Below the pieces are notes generated by a model that worked only from the letters and a program-made list of their open reading frames with translations, made no database searches and had not been told where the DNA came from. Below, piece after piece: positions 39,697 through 51,000 of a stretch of DNA of 64,000 nt. The first letter of the stretch is position 1; every line of letters starts with the position of its first letter. The position numbers were made by a program, and so were the translations under genes. Source of the DNA: Tortispora ganteri (taxonomy: Eukaryota). The DNA is taken from assembly GCA_003707115.1 (NCBI GenBank), contig PPNB01000025.1, forward strand, positions 1-64,000, in the 5' to 3' direction.

Positions 39697-41070
39697 ATGC
39701 ACAAGCAACAGTGCATTGAATATATTCGTTCTTTTGTAGCGAAGAATGCATATATTAACAAAACAGTTGCTCTGGCTGTGAGCGGCGGAGTCGATTCAAT
39801 GACGATGGCTTACCTATGGTCGCGTTCAAACCTGGGAACGCTTCCTTTGGCGATTACGGTCAACCACAACATCAGACCTGAAAGCGGCCATGAAGCGTTA
39901 GAAGTAGGTAAAATCTTACATGAATGGGGATTTGATCATTATATACTGCATATTAATGTCCCTACCACTACCAAGGTCGAGTTGACCGCCAGAGACGCAA
40001 GGTATAATGCCATATCTGATTTCTGCAAAACACATCGGATATCCGCTGTAGCTACCGCACATACTCTTGATGATCAGATCGAAACATTCTATATGCGACT
40101 AATTAGTGGCAGTTCTCCATACGGCCTTGCTGGTATTCATCCTGTTGCTCAACTGCCGCTTAAACCGGCATTCAATACTCACCCTGTCGCTATTCTTCGT
40201 CCGCTACTTCAGGTCTCTAAATCCACCTTACGTGAAATAGCTCATGCTCATGCAATTCCATTTTTTGAAGATTTGACAAACTCTAATTCTACATACACAA
40301 TGCGCAATGCTATCCGCTACTTTCTGCAGGATCAGCGTCTTCTTCCGTCAGCACTACGCAATAATAGAATCTCGCAAACAGTGCAAAGATTACAGGCCAA
40401 AAGAGATGCTGCCACTAATCAGTATATCGAAGCTTTGGCTCAAGATGTTGCCTCTGGTGCTCTCAAATACAACCCTCAGGTAGCATCCCTGCAATGGAAT
40501 TTTCATGGCGCTTACGAGACGTTATCTTACACTTCCAAAGTCCTGTATTGCGCCCACCTATGCTCCTGTATATCTCCTGTGTCTAATATTGAAACGCATC
40601 TCTCTCCTGTTTCTTCATTAGTTGGTAGGATTGACGCCTTAGAGACATTTACGGCTTTGCAACTAAAATGGCAACCAAAAACTGATTCTAGCTATCTTAT
40701 CTACAGACAGCCATTCTACAAGTATAACACTCCGGATCAGATACTTCTAAAACCAGGAGTACCTACGCTCTGGGACAACAGGTTTCTTATTGCTACTAAA
40801 TGGAACCCTTTAAACATAAAAGGCAGCGTCTATATACACAATTATGATACCTCTATGAAGAAACAAACTACAAAGTTTCTTCAATCTCAGGCTATGAACA
40901 ACAACATATGGGAAAAAACTCCAGCGTTCTTGAAGAAAACCTTACCAATCTTATTGACAGGTGAAGGTGAAGTTTTAGCAATACCGACGTTTCATTTATG
41001 GGATCGGAGATTGGAAAACTCGAAATATCTACATTGGAAATGGCAGAATCAGCATACTCACGTAACATAA
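39697..41070 (+). CDS. tRNA(Ile)-lysidine synthase-like PP-loop ATPase (TilS/MesJ family), probably mitochondrial
   Basis: AVSGGVDSM, TVNHNIRPES, ARDARY, TAHTLDDQIETFYMRL..GS...GLAGI, RPLL, EDLTN..RNAIR, C-terminal LWDNRF. Confidence 0.88.
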   Translation: MHKQQCIEYIRSFVAKNAYINKTVALAVSGGVDSMTMAYLWSRSNLGTLPLAITVNHNIRPESGHEALEVGKILHEWGFDHYILHINVPTTTKVELTARDARYNAISDFCKTHRISAVATAHTLDDQIETFYMRLISGSSPYGLAGIHPVAQLPLKPAFNTHPVAILRPLLQVSKSTLREIAHAHAIPFFEDLTNSNSTYTMRNAIRYFLQDQRLLPSALRNNRISQTVQRLQAKRDAATNQYIEALAQDVASGALKYNPQVASLQWNFHGAYETLSYTSKVLYCAHLCSCISPVSNIETHLSPVSSLVGRIDALETFTALQLKWQPKTDSSYLIYRQPFYKYNTPDQILLKPGVPTLWDNRFLIATKWNPLNIKGSVYIHNYDTSMKKQTTKFLQSQAMNNNIWEKTPAFLKKTLPILLTGEGEVLAIPTFHLWDRRLENSKYLHWKWQNQHTHVT

Positions 41071-41084
41071 AATATATAAAAAGT

Positions 41085-43886
41085 TCACTGTTTCCTAGAG
41101 TTCACTTCTAATTTTCGACGATATTGGAGAACAACTTCCCCTCCAGATCGCCATAACTGCGTGCGTATCGTGCCTAATGTCATTCTGGGAGGCACCACCT
41201 CATTGTTACAGATGATTTCCAGCCAGTCTTCTGGTCGACTACCTTCGGTGTAGGTAAAGTCAGCCAACCTATCAATAGCAGAACCAAACGAGTCTGACTC
41301 TTTGTCTTTTCGATAAGGTTTGTCTTTCTCAATAGCAGCTTGACGCACTTTAGGCTTCAAATGGTCCTCGAGTTTGTCATCAATATATTGCAATATCCTC
41401 CTAGACCGCAGCATTACGTATGCCGACAAGCGAGAGGTTGATTCTGCTGTTATTTCTGGAAGAGGCGCTGTATTTCCATCATCTGGTTTCCATGGAATTA
41501 ATGTAAAGGATACTTTAGAGAGAGGCTTCTGCGTTATATCATTCTTTAACAATAAAGCCGCAAGCCACCTTGGAATTATACTCCGTAGCGTATCCATTTC
41601 AGAATTAATAGATGCTAATGTGCCACGATATAGCTCCATGTTTCCAAATGACCCAGGACTAGCTTCTGTAATATACAAACCAGTTTCAGGTGGAATAGTA
41701 ATAGGCGGAGCATCAATGTAGCTCGGAGGGTTCAATAAAGATGTACCGCAATTCTCAGGTGTATAGCCGGCGCGAATTTCAGTCACTAGTGAATCTATGG
41801 CGCTTTTGGAATCTACCATGACAGTATCCGCCGCATTTCCGTTCTCCTCTCCATTGGTCGAAATTTTCGCTTCAGGTACACATTCCAAATTCGGATCCTT
41901 ATCTGTGTCATCTTTTTTGGGCAGAATAGAAGATGAAGATCCAGATCGAGAAACTTTTCCACGACTTAAAGACTTGATCTTTCCAAAAATTGAGCTTTGT
42001 GTATTGACGGATTTTGATGCATCAGAGGGGTGTTCATCGTCTGTGTGACAAGAAGATGTTGATTCATAATGAGGATCTGGTTCGTCTTGTTCTTTTCCAC
42101 CAGCAAGAGGATCTTCTGGAACGTATTTCGTAGCGTGGTCACTTATCCTCGGTAATTGGCCCGACGTAGGAGAAGAGGGAGCAGGAGTACTGCTTCTTGA
42201 CACCACTGGAGAAGCCTTTGGTGATGTACTCCTTGAAAATGTCCAAACCTTGAACATTTTGGAGTCTGAAGATCTCGAATTGCTGCGCGAAGACTTTATC
42301 AGAGATGCACGATACGCAGCATCTCGTTCGAGCTCAAATTTAAGAACATCCTGAAATAAATATGTGAGTACCCATCGGCCCAGATTAATCCTATGATCTT
42401 CTGGAAAAGATGATCGGCGGTGATAGTCTGTACCATTAGCAGCATTTTTTGAAGAAGCTATGGAATCTTCAAATAGTTCGTCAGCATACACCTCTGCTTC
42501 GAAACATTTGTTTGGATCCAGAAACACGGCCAGTTTGCCTGTACGTGTGCTAATATCACACCAAGTAACTGCAGGTTCCACAGAATTATATTCAGTAGCA
42601 GCGTCTTCTAGAGAAGTACCTATATTAAATTTTCTTATCACCTTGCATCGGATGAGATCCCACAATAGAACCTCGCCAGCAGTGTCGAGAGTCAAAACAC
42701 GTCTTCTGTCTTTTAGCATAAGATGTTTCATTAAACCAGATCTACCTTCCATTGTCTCCTCAGGTGTTTTTCTATAAGGTTCAATTTCGTTGTTGTATAC
42801 TGGTGTCTGTAGAGAAGGTATAGCGGTCAATGTAGATTTCCTAGAAGATTTTTCAACTAAATAAGGATCGATGTCATGTTTGACGTCTTTCCATCGGTGC
42901 ATGCGAGAGTTTGAAGTAGCAGTCCAAATACTTGATTCTGCTGCAACAATAGAGTTTATTCCTTGGTGTTCGTGCGCTACTAGAATAGAAGAGAAATTGT
43001 GCAAGTCTGAATCGATTGTTGTTCTGAAAAGCAAACCGGAACGGTCTGCGGAGTAGAATTCTTTAAAGTGAGGATCTTCACTGTACAGGTCCCATACACT
43101 AGTATCGTGCATGTTATAAGTTGAGAGCAGACGGCCTGCTTTGAGTGACCACAGTTTGATTGTTGAGTCTGAGGAGCCCGAGAGGATCATTGTACCAGAA
43201 GGGTTTACGAGCAATGAGCGAATATTATCTGTATGACCTTTGAACTGGAATATAAAATCGCCAGACCGGTAGTCCCATAAAGATACAAGAGCGTCCGGTC
43301 CGCCAGAAGCTATGACGTTATCGCCAGTAGCAAGGGCGTACACCGAGCCTCTTTCGAGGGAGGAGTGTTGAGACAGATCGATAGAGAGCGTTGGCTGTTG
43401 ATTAGCATTTGTGACATCCCAAAACGATATTTTTTGGTCGAGACTGCCAGTTACAATTGCAGAGTTGTTTGTTGGTATTGGAGCAACACATTTGACGTAG
43501 TCGTTGTGCTGGCCGACTTTCACAGAAGTATTCAAGATGGGGTTCCAAGCGCGGACGGTTAGATCGGAGGATGCGCTGGCAACTAAGCTTGAATTGGCAG
43601 CGAGACATATAGAATTGATCCAATGAGTGTGAGTACTAATTTGCTTGCAAAACTGAGTGTAGTTTGAGGAGGAGTTGGAATCCTGGTGCGGCACTGAAGC
43701 TGAATGACTAGATATAGACCATGCAGAGATAACACCATCTCTGCCGGCAGAATAAAGAGTTGCAGTATCGGTTTGAGAGAGTATACCAGGACGCCTGTCA
43801 ATTACCAAGTCGTTAATACCTAGTGAATGTCCATGGCCACCTTGTGAATCACCAAGTGTATAAGATATGTGTGTTGTTGTACTCAT
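41085..43886 (-). CDS. DUF1: WD40 deubiquitinase cofactor (Duf1/Bun107/WDR48-UAF1)
   Basis: LYSAGRDG, HTHWIN, HNDYVKC, GHTDNIR WD repeats; RINLGRWVL; C-terminal MTLGTIRTQLWRSGGEVVLQY. Confidence 0.88.
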   Translation of the reverse strand: MSTTTHISYTLGDSQGGHGHSLGINDLVIDRRPGILSQTDTATLYSAGRDGVISAWSISSHSASVPHQDSNSSSNYTQFCKQISTHTHWINSICLAANSSLVASASSDLTVRAWNPILNTSVKVGQHNDYVKCVAPIPTNNSAIVTGSLDQKISFWDVTNANQQPTLSIDLSQHSSLERGSVYALATGDNVIASGGPDALVSLWDYRSGDFIFQFKGHTDNIRSLLVNPSGTMILSGSSDSTIKLWSLKAGRLLSTYNMHDTSVWDLYSEDPHFKEFYSADRSGLLFRTTIDSDLHNFSSILVAHEHQGINSIVAAESSIWTATSNSRMHRWKDVKHDIDPYLVEKSSRKSTLTAIPSLQTPVYNNEIEPYRKTPEETMEGRSGLMKHLMLKDRRRVLTLDTAGEVLLWDLIRCKVIRKFNIGTSLEDAATEYNSVEPAVTWCDISTRTGKLAVFLDPNKCFEAEVYADELFEDSIASSKNAANGTDYHRRSSFPEDHRINLGRWVLTYLFQDVLKFELERDAAYRASLIKSSRSNSRSSDSKMFKVWTFSRSTSPKASPVVSRSSTPAPSSPTSGQLPRISDHATKYVPEDPLAGGKEQDEPDPHYESTSSCHTDDEHPSDASKSVNTQSSIFGKIKSLSRGKVSRSGSSSSILPKKDDTDKDPNLECVPEAKISTNGEENGNAADTVMVDSKSAIDSLVTEIRAGYTPENCGTSLLNPPSYIDAPPITIPPETGLYITEASPGSFGNMELYRGTLASINSEMDTLRSIIPRWLAALLLKNDITQKPLSKVSFTLIPWKPDDGNTAPLPEITAESTSRLSAYVMLRSRRILQYIDDKLEDHLKPKVRQAAIEKDKPYRKDKESDSFGSAIDRLADFTYTEGSRPEDWLEIICNNEVVPPRMTLGTIRTQLWRSGGEVVLQYRRKLEVNSRKQ

Positions 43887-44632
43887 GAACTAATGATTCA
43901 GGTTGGGGTACGATAGAGGGGGGAGATGGGGTGGGTGTTGGGTGGTTTTAGAAGCGAAATTTAGTAGTAGAATGTGGGAAGAGGGGAGGCAGGCGGAAAA
44001 GAGAAGTTCAGTAAAAAAACTATGTCAGCCACAACCGCGCTAGTAAAATGCAAGCATGATCGCATTTTAGTATAGTTCGGTTTTATAAATGCAATACTAA
44101 TAAATCGACAGTATAAGATTAGTTAGCATGCGAGCTCTGAATCAGAAGTACGTTTGTGGATGATCAAAGAGCCTAAGTTTTTAGGCTTTGAATGCATGAA
44201 CATTTCCCCATCCATTATAACGCTGTAATGTAATATTCAGATATATTTCCGCAGTGCAGATAATTAGGCTATTTAATAGCCAATAAAGTACAAATTGATT
44301 ATTTGCACGCTATCGAACAGACATTCTACTAAGTGGTGGCTAAAGTCATTAACAAGTGGCGGAAGGGAGTAAACCGATACTTAAGAGTCTGTTACTGCGT
44401 AAATGATACTTAGTTAGGGAACATAAACTAGCTAAAATGTTTAATTTCTAATTCAATGACATTTTTATTTATTTGGCCAACAAATTTGCCTATTTAAATT
44501 AACAGATTTAAGGCACGACGATGGTGATTGTGCATATCGAATATAGTAAATTACACTTTTAATCCCTCCCCCCCCAATTAATAATCTTCAGCTTGACCAA
44601 TATCTCGTAATAATCTGTCTAAATGAGATCAA

Positions 44633-45871
44633 ATGCCTTCTTTTGAAACTCCTTCAAGATTTGAAGCTACTTTACAGTCTCCGAGCAATCTATATAAGTT
44701 GAGCAAAGGTTTAATAGCGCTAGCGAAGGTGTCTGACGATATAACATTCCAAGCTAGTTCAGGAGTCCTGACATTAAGTTGTCTTGATTCACGTAAATCT
44801 ACCTTTGCATTATTACGTCTACATACATCTACCTTTTTTGATTCATACAACTATGCGAGTGACGAAAGTGCTTTTTCTTTTGCAGTATCTAGCAAACTTC
44901 TCTCAGCTATTTTCAAGCAATACGCTACTATAATTCAATGCGATCTGATCGTTGATGAGGGCAGCATTCAGTATCCTACTAAACTTGTACTAGTGATTCA
45001 TCAAAGTAGCGGCGTTGTTATCAAGTTTGCTATCAATTACGAGTATAAAGATGCAGTGCACGCCTTGTGTCGCAAAACAGATTGCACTAATATGTTCTCG
45101 TTATCTGCCAGTAGCTTGAAAAGCTGTCTAGACCATGCTGCCTCATCTGTAGACGAAGTTGCATTCACCTTCTCATCTCCCCGCATTGAAGTTGCTTTTA
45201 CTACTTTGAAAGCAGCTTCAATAAAGAATCAGAACTATCAGAATATAAGAACCTTTGTTTATCTGAAAAAAGAAGAGTTCGACGAAATCGAGGTAACCGC
45301 TGACGACTCAGTCTCTGTGTCCCTTAAGGATCTTCGAAACTTTGCCATGCTTGCTGATTCTCTCAAGATAGTTGTGAATGCTTGTTTTCATAAACCTTCT
45401 TTTCCTTTGATGCTAGAAATTGAACGCCCAGAGTCTGGCTTTTCTAGTGTCTTTGTTCTTGTATCTTCCGCAGATTCGGTCGATTCTACCTCCAAACAAG
45501 ACCAACGCCAACCTCGACCCGCTTCTGCTCAACCTTCGTTGGGCTTTGGCAACAATGGTCGAAGTTCTATGCGTATGTCTGCCCAATTAGCCACAGCCAG
45601 AAACTCTCATACAAGCTTTGCTAATTCTCCTAGAAGCTCACAAGCATCTGAAACATCCAATCCTCGACCGAGACAAGAACCAGTGCAATGGGATCAAAAT
45701 TCAGCAGTAAGAAATATCTCGGAGTTTTCAAGTACTGACCTAGATCTTAACCTAGATGACGAGTTTTTGGATAACGTCATTGCGGCTCCTGGTGGATCAA
45801 TAAACGAGGCTTCAGCTACTCAAAGAGTAGAAGAACCCAAAGGTCTTTTTGATAGCAATAACGATGACTAA
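44633..45871 (+). CDS. RAD9: 9-1-1 checkpoint clamp subunit (Rad9/Ddc1 family)
   Basis: PCNA-like N-terminus (ALAKVSDDITF..LTLSCLDSRKSTFA..FFDSY), SLKDLRNFAMLADSL, disordered tail ending GLFD. Symbol follows S. pombe/human usage. Confidence 0.82.
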   Translation: MPSFETPSRFEATLQSPSNLYKLSKGLIALAKVSDDITFQASSGVLTLSCLDSRKSTFALLRLHTSTFFDSYNYASDESAFSFAVSSKLLSAIFKQYATIIQCDLIVDEGSIQYPTKLVLVIHQSSGVVIKFAINYEYKDAVHALCRKTDCTNMFSLSASSLKSCLDHAASSVDEVAFTFSSPRIEVAFTTLKAASIKNQNYQNIRTFVYLKKEEFDEIEVTADDSVSVSLKDLRNFAMLADSLKIVVNACFHKPSFPLMLEIERPESGFSSVFVLVSSADSVDSTSKQDQRQPRPASAQPSLGFGNNGRSSMRMSAQLATARNSHTSFANSPRSSQASETSNPRPRQEPVQWDQNSAVRNISEFSSTDLDLNLDDEFLDNVIAAPGGSINEASATQRVEEPKGLFDSNNDD

Positions 45872-45975
45872 TTACATCTATGGATTACTTAATTTAGAAT
45901 TTTATTGGCCTATAATTCAGGTAAAGACTTTTCTATCTACATGCATGTGTTTCGATCGTAAGTTATGTTCTGCAC

Positions 45976-47655
45976 CTAAACCACTTCCTTACGTATGCGC
46001 ACAATGGCTTTAACTGCTCTCTTATCAGGCGAAGAATCCAAAAGCGGAGATAGTTCACTAATAAGTGCCAATAATGACTTCTTAACTTCGCTTTTTATTG
46101 CATTTTGCCGAGGAATTTTCCGGTAATAACGAGCTTGTTCGATGGCTAAATCAAACCACTCGTCAGGTGATTCATTCATGTTTTTAGTCGTCTTCTGGTT
46201 ATATATAGAATTTAGCTTATCCTGTAGCATAGACTGATATTTTTCAATTTTTAAAGGACGACACATGACAAAAATCCTGCATAGTATACTCAAAGTTTCC
46301 GCATCAGAATTTGGTACACTCTTAAGTATATCCACGAGCGCATCACGTTCTTTCTTTGTCAGGGTATGCATATTATCCGTGTATTTATTCAATAAACAGA
46401 GTAGAAAGCCTCGTGTATTTTTGGTATTGGCAACGCCAAAGTAAGTATCGCGGTTATGGGGATCCGCATGATAAAGAATGTAAGCTGTAATTCCCGGCTT
46501 GTAGATTTTAGTATTGAGACTAGCTTTGAGTAAAGTTCCCACCAGGGACGGATTTAGATTGATTCGTTTTGTGGGAAGATCATAGAAATCGTAAGAAAAA
46601 TCACGAGTGAGAGTGCAGCCAGGGAGTTCAACGAATGAGGAGATATTCCGAAGTCCGTTGACTTGTTGTTCTAATGCCTTACCCATGTAAAAGGCATTAG
46701 AAACAATAGATATCGACAACTTTTGTTCATCATTATAAAATAACGCAGCTCTGTTGTCTCCAAAGAGCAGGTTAGGTCGGGCGAGAGCGTCAGTCATAAG
46801 AACGGGATCTTTAATGGTTGCTTCTGTAACTCGTTTTAAGTGAGCAGAGCTTATATCGTGAAGCATAGTTCTTGCGCCTGCACATAGAAGCTGCGAATCA
46901 GGCAAGACAAGGGGAGGGAGATTTTTCCTTTTCCGAATACATGTTCTTTCAACAGCGCTATGCCAAAAATCATGAATGGCTAGACGGTGTTTGGCGGTGA
47001 GAGTGAGGTTCTTTCTCGAGACAAATGAATTTAGTATTGATGTATATCCCAATGGATCTAGAGCATAAGCCGAAGCTATTTTCTGATTATCGAGTATTTT
47101 GTAGTAGGATTCGATCATGTAGTTGAAGTCGCCTTTGTAGGCGAGAGCCTTGAAAGCAGCGCCCAGAACCGGAGGAGGTATGTTCTTGCCGTCATTAATG
47201 AGGCCTATGGCTTTTGTGATACTTCTAACATACTCACTGACTCGCGTCTCTGACATATTGCTCTGAGACAGCGAGTCAAAGAAGACAGTGAATGTTCTTG
47301 GACTGATAGTCTGGTTTGAGTCAATAATATGATTTATAAGAGCATATGCCCTTTCGAAATGGCCAGCGTTGCAGAGACTCTCGACGACGGAAGTGAGAGC
47401 ATACGACGCTTTTGATTTGTATCGCAAGACAATTCCTTCAGCCAGGTCAAGATTTTGAGATTTCAGTAATACATCGACGTACTGCTGGAGTTCATGCTCA
47501 TTTTTCTGTCTGAGATGTTTAGCGACGTTGTCGGGCACTAAAGTCCTCTTGTCGACTATCTCATCGCGTTTGTATTCCGAGTCCAAAGCGTGACTCCATA
47601 CAGAATAACGCCTTGAACTTCTCGTAATCAAAAAAAGTCTGCGAATCAGCGACAT
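45976..47655 (-). CDS. Mitochondrial pentatricopeptide-repeat protein
   Basis: Arg-rich presequence MSLIRRLFLITRSSRRYS; PPR-like units (LTSVVESLCNAGHFERAYALINHI..ISPRTFTVFFDSL; GYTSILNSF). Confidence 0.65.
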   Translation of the reverse strand: MSLIRRLFLITRSSRRYSVWSHALDSEYKRDEIVDKRTLVPDNVAKHLRQKNEHELQQYVDVLLKSQNLDLAEGIVLRYKSKASYALTSVVESLCNAGHFERAYALINHIIDSNQTISPRTFTVFFDSLSQSNMSETRVSEYVRSITKAIGLINDGKNIPPPVLGAAFKALAYKGDFNYMIESYYKILDNQKIASAYALDPLGYTSILNSFVSRKNLTLTAKHRLAIHDFWHSAVERTCIRKRKNLPPLVLPDSQLLCAGARTMLHDISSAHLKRVTEATIKDPVLMTDALARPNLLFGDNRAALFYNDEQKLSISIVSNAFYMGKALEQQVNGLRNISSFVELPGCTLTRDFSYDFYDLPTKRINLNPSLVGTLLKASLNTKIYKPGITAYILYHADPHNRDTYFGVANTKNTRGFLLCLLNKYTDNMHTLTKKERDALVDILKSVPNSDAETLSILCRIFVMCRPLKIEKYQSMLQDKLNSIYNQKTTKNMNESPDEWFDLAIEQARYYRKIPRQNAIKSEVKKSLLALISELSPLLDSSPDKRAVKAIVRIRKEVV

Positions 47656-48073
47656 TTAGCGCCAAAATAGAAGAAAAAAAACAATCAGAAGCCACTTTGG
47701 CTTTGATAGAACAATAAATGGTTGTCAAGGACCGACTATACCTAGGAACTAGTCTCAGAACAGAAGTTACGTCGAACTACCATATTAAGCTCTGCTTTAC
47801 TTGAATGGTAGATCACACCACTATTCACATGTTTATTGGCTTATATTTTGTTATCTACATATCCCGGTATTGTTATTGTAAAAAAATAACATATATTAGA
47901 ATACTTTACAACCTTATATATAATCATTCATAGCGCTCTGCAATGGATTCAGTGGTCCTTTTGCGGTGTGCTGCTGGGAATAATTGAAAGCGCGCTCCTT
48001 AACAACCATCTTTTACCAAGAACGCGTCAAACTGCAATACAATCTATAGTCTTCTTCTCGGATACTTCGCATA

Positions 48074-51000
48074 ATGGATAATAGCAATAATGAAGAATCT
48101 GATAAAGAAAGCATTGCTGTATTGGCAGATTATATTCAAAATACAGTTGCGTCTATATTAGGGACTGACCTCACAGAGGTCCATATCGCCATTGAAACGT
48201 TCGCAGACCAGTTGGCAGCGTTCTTTCAAAGCCCTGAGCCGTCGGTTTTATATATAACGCGCGAACTGCACGACAATATGCACAATTACAAAATAGCTGC
48301 TAACCTGACCCTAAACTTGAGCACAACTGATGCTCTGGCTATTGTTAAGCCGAACGGAATACTCAATGTTGGTCAGTCACTGGCTCGCCAACTTCTTCTA
48401 ATCAACTTGCCCTGTGACTCGGAATCACCAGATAACTCTTTTGTCTCATCTGCATTCCAGGACTTCTATAGTCTTCTCCATATGGTAATGGGTCCTTACT
48501 TGGACTCGCTACCCGAGCAGTCCACCAAACAGTCGGATCAGGAAATAGCGATATCAGCTAACCAGATCCCAGGTGTCAAAAAGAAACTTGCAGAACTAGA
48601 AGCATCCTTAATTAACCTCCAGAATCGCCAAGGAATACCAGATATTCAATTCTTAGTTCATCCAGTTATATCTACCGCAATAGAACAGGCGCGCGCTACA
48701 CATTCAAAGATTTCGGTTTCATTAGTACCCCCGGAACTCCTCCTGGAAGCTACTTTCCTTAATACTTTACAGTCAAACGTTAACTCGTGGATCAAAAGCG
48801 TTCAACATATTGCAAAACTCTCTCGTGAAGTCTCTTCCGGCACGATCTCTGATGAAATTAACTTTTGGGTACATAAAGAAGACGTCTTGACAGCTATAGA
48901 GAAACGTCTTAACGAACCAGACATTGCATTAACGCTTCAAGTGTTACAAAACGCTAAAAGATTCTATGCCACTGTTAGTTTTAGATCAGACACAGACGTC
49001 AAAGAAGCACTAGATTTGGTCCAAAAATATAATCAGCTCCTCCGTGACTTCCCTATTGAACCTTTCACTTCAGCATCGTCTATTCCTGCGCTCAATCAAG
49101 CCTTACAAGATATATTTTTTCACATCAGTCGTAAGTTACGTCTCTCGGCTTACCCTACGGAGAGGCTTCTTGTTTTTCTGGAGACTTTGTCAAACGATCT
49201 GCTCAAGAAGCTTATGGATCTAATTGATGGTGATGAGATCATGCTCATATCTTTTGAGAAATGCTCCGAAATTGTCTCAGATGCCCTATCTATTCAGAAT
49301 ACTTGGGAGGATAAACTAAAAGATGTGTTTTATACTGTTAGAGAACTTACTAAATCTCGATCTGAAAGAAGAGTCCTTCTCAAGGTTAAAGATGCGCATT
49401 CACAACTCATTGAAAGGCTCTCATATATCAGAAAATTTCGTGTAGATCATGAATATCTCCGAAAAATTGTCTCTGATGCTTTTGAAGCTGGATTATCTAT
49501 GCCAGATGGTCAGCAACTATCACAAAACTCGATTTTAGAGGAGCTGGATGTTTCTTATTCTGCATTTCAGGGAATCAACGCTTTGGACCTGTCTCATGAA
49601 GGTAAAGCAAAATTCTTCTCCTGCGAGTCAGCCTACTCAAAGCGAACTTCTTCTGTAGAAGCTCGTGTTGTCGACACTTTGCGTGCTTTACTGTACGCGG
49701 CTAGAAACTCGAATGATCTTTTTACAGTTTTCTCTAGATTTAAAGGCTTATTAGAAAGACCAAGAGTACGTGCTGCGGTACAGGAATATCAGGAGATACT
49801 GCTTGGACACGTCAAGAACGAGATCTCAAGATATGGGGAACTTTTGTCAAATGGGTTTGCAAACTCTCCGGAATATCAATTATATAAATTGAAAGATATG
49901 TCGTTCTCTACTGGGCGTCTAATATGGACTACCCAAATTGAACGGCAGTTGATTATACTTCTAAATCGAATTGAAAATATCCTTGGAGAAGGCTGGCAAA
50001 ATTACGTTGAAGGACAAGCACTGGAAGATAGCATTGGCTTATTGCTTAAAAAACTTGACCTTCAAGGCCTTCATGATTCTTGGAGCCAGGCAGCTTTGTT
50101 AAGACGAGGTTCTCTCAAGGGACCTTTTTTCAAAGTGGTTCACAATATAGAGAGCAAGAGTAATACCCTGACATTGGAAATTAACTTTGACCTTGCGAGT
50201 ATAACGATATTTAAAGAGGTACGAAATATTCTCTTTCTCCATTTTCCGGCTTCTCATTTCATTATCACTGCTGCAAAAGATGCGCAAAGGACTTATCCGT
50301 ATGCCATGTCTTTGCGGGATCAGCTTCATGTGTATAAAAATTGTGTTGAATCTCTGAGTTCTCCTGAAATGCAAACTCTCTTGGCACCTTTTGTGCAACG
50401 TATAAGAGGTCTAATTGAACAGAGTGTTAATTTTAGGTGGGAATTTTTCTCTTACTCTCCTGACCTATATTCTAAGACGACTCCTGTTGTTAATCAGCTC
50501 GATTCTCCTGTTATTCATCGTGAAATAATTCAAATCAGTTTTATATCCAAGTTTGAAGAAGCTGTACAACAGCTGAGCTCTAAATTAACGCAGGTTTCTG
50601 ATTCTTGCAATGATATAAATAGCATTTTCAATAGTCTTGAGCGTGGCCCTCTTTCAATGAATACTTGTAAAGACTCAATTATACAGTTGGCATCTATTAT
50701 TGAGAAACTGAGCTACGAGGATCTGGGAAATTTTGAATTTTGGGTATATAACATCAACGGCAAATTACAAGGTATTTTGCGCCAACAGATATTGAGCACA
50801 ATAGATGCATTTTTACATCTTCTTTCTGATGATCAAGAAGTAGAAGACTCCGATACGTCCCTGATAATGCATACAAAACGTGTCTACTTTGCTGCAGCTC
50901 TTCAAAAGGTTGAAATATCCTCTGAATCGCATGATATTTATGTGCTGCCCTCATTGGAACAAGTGAGATCATCTTGGCTTAACGTGTTGCAGCAGATTGT

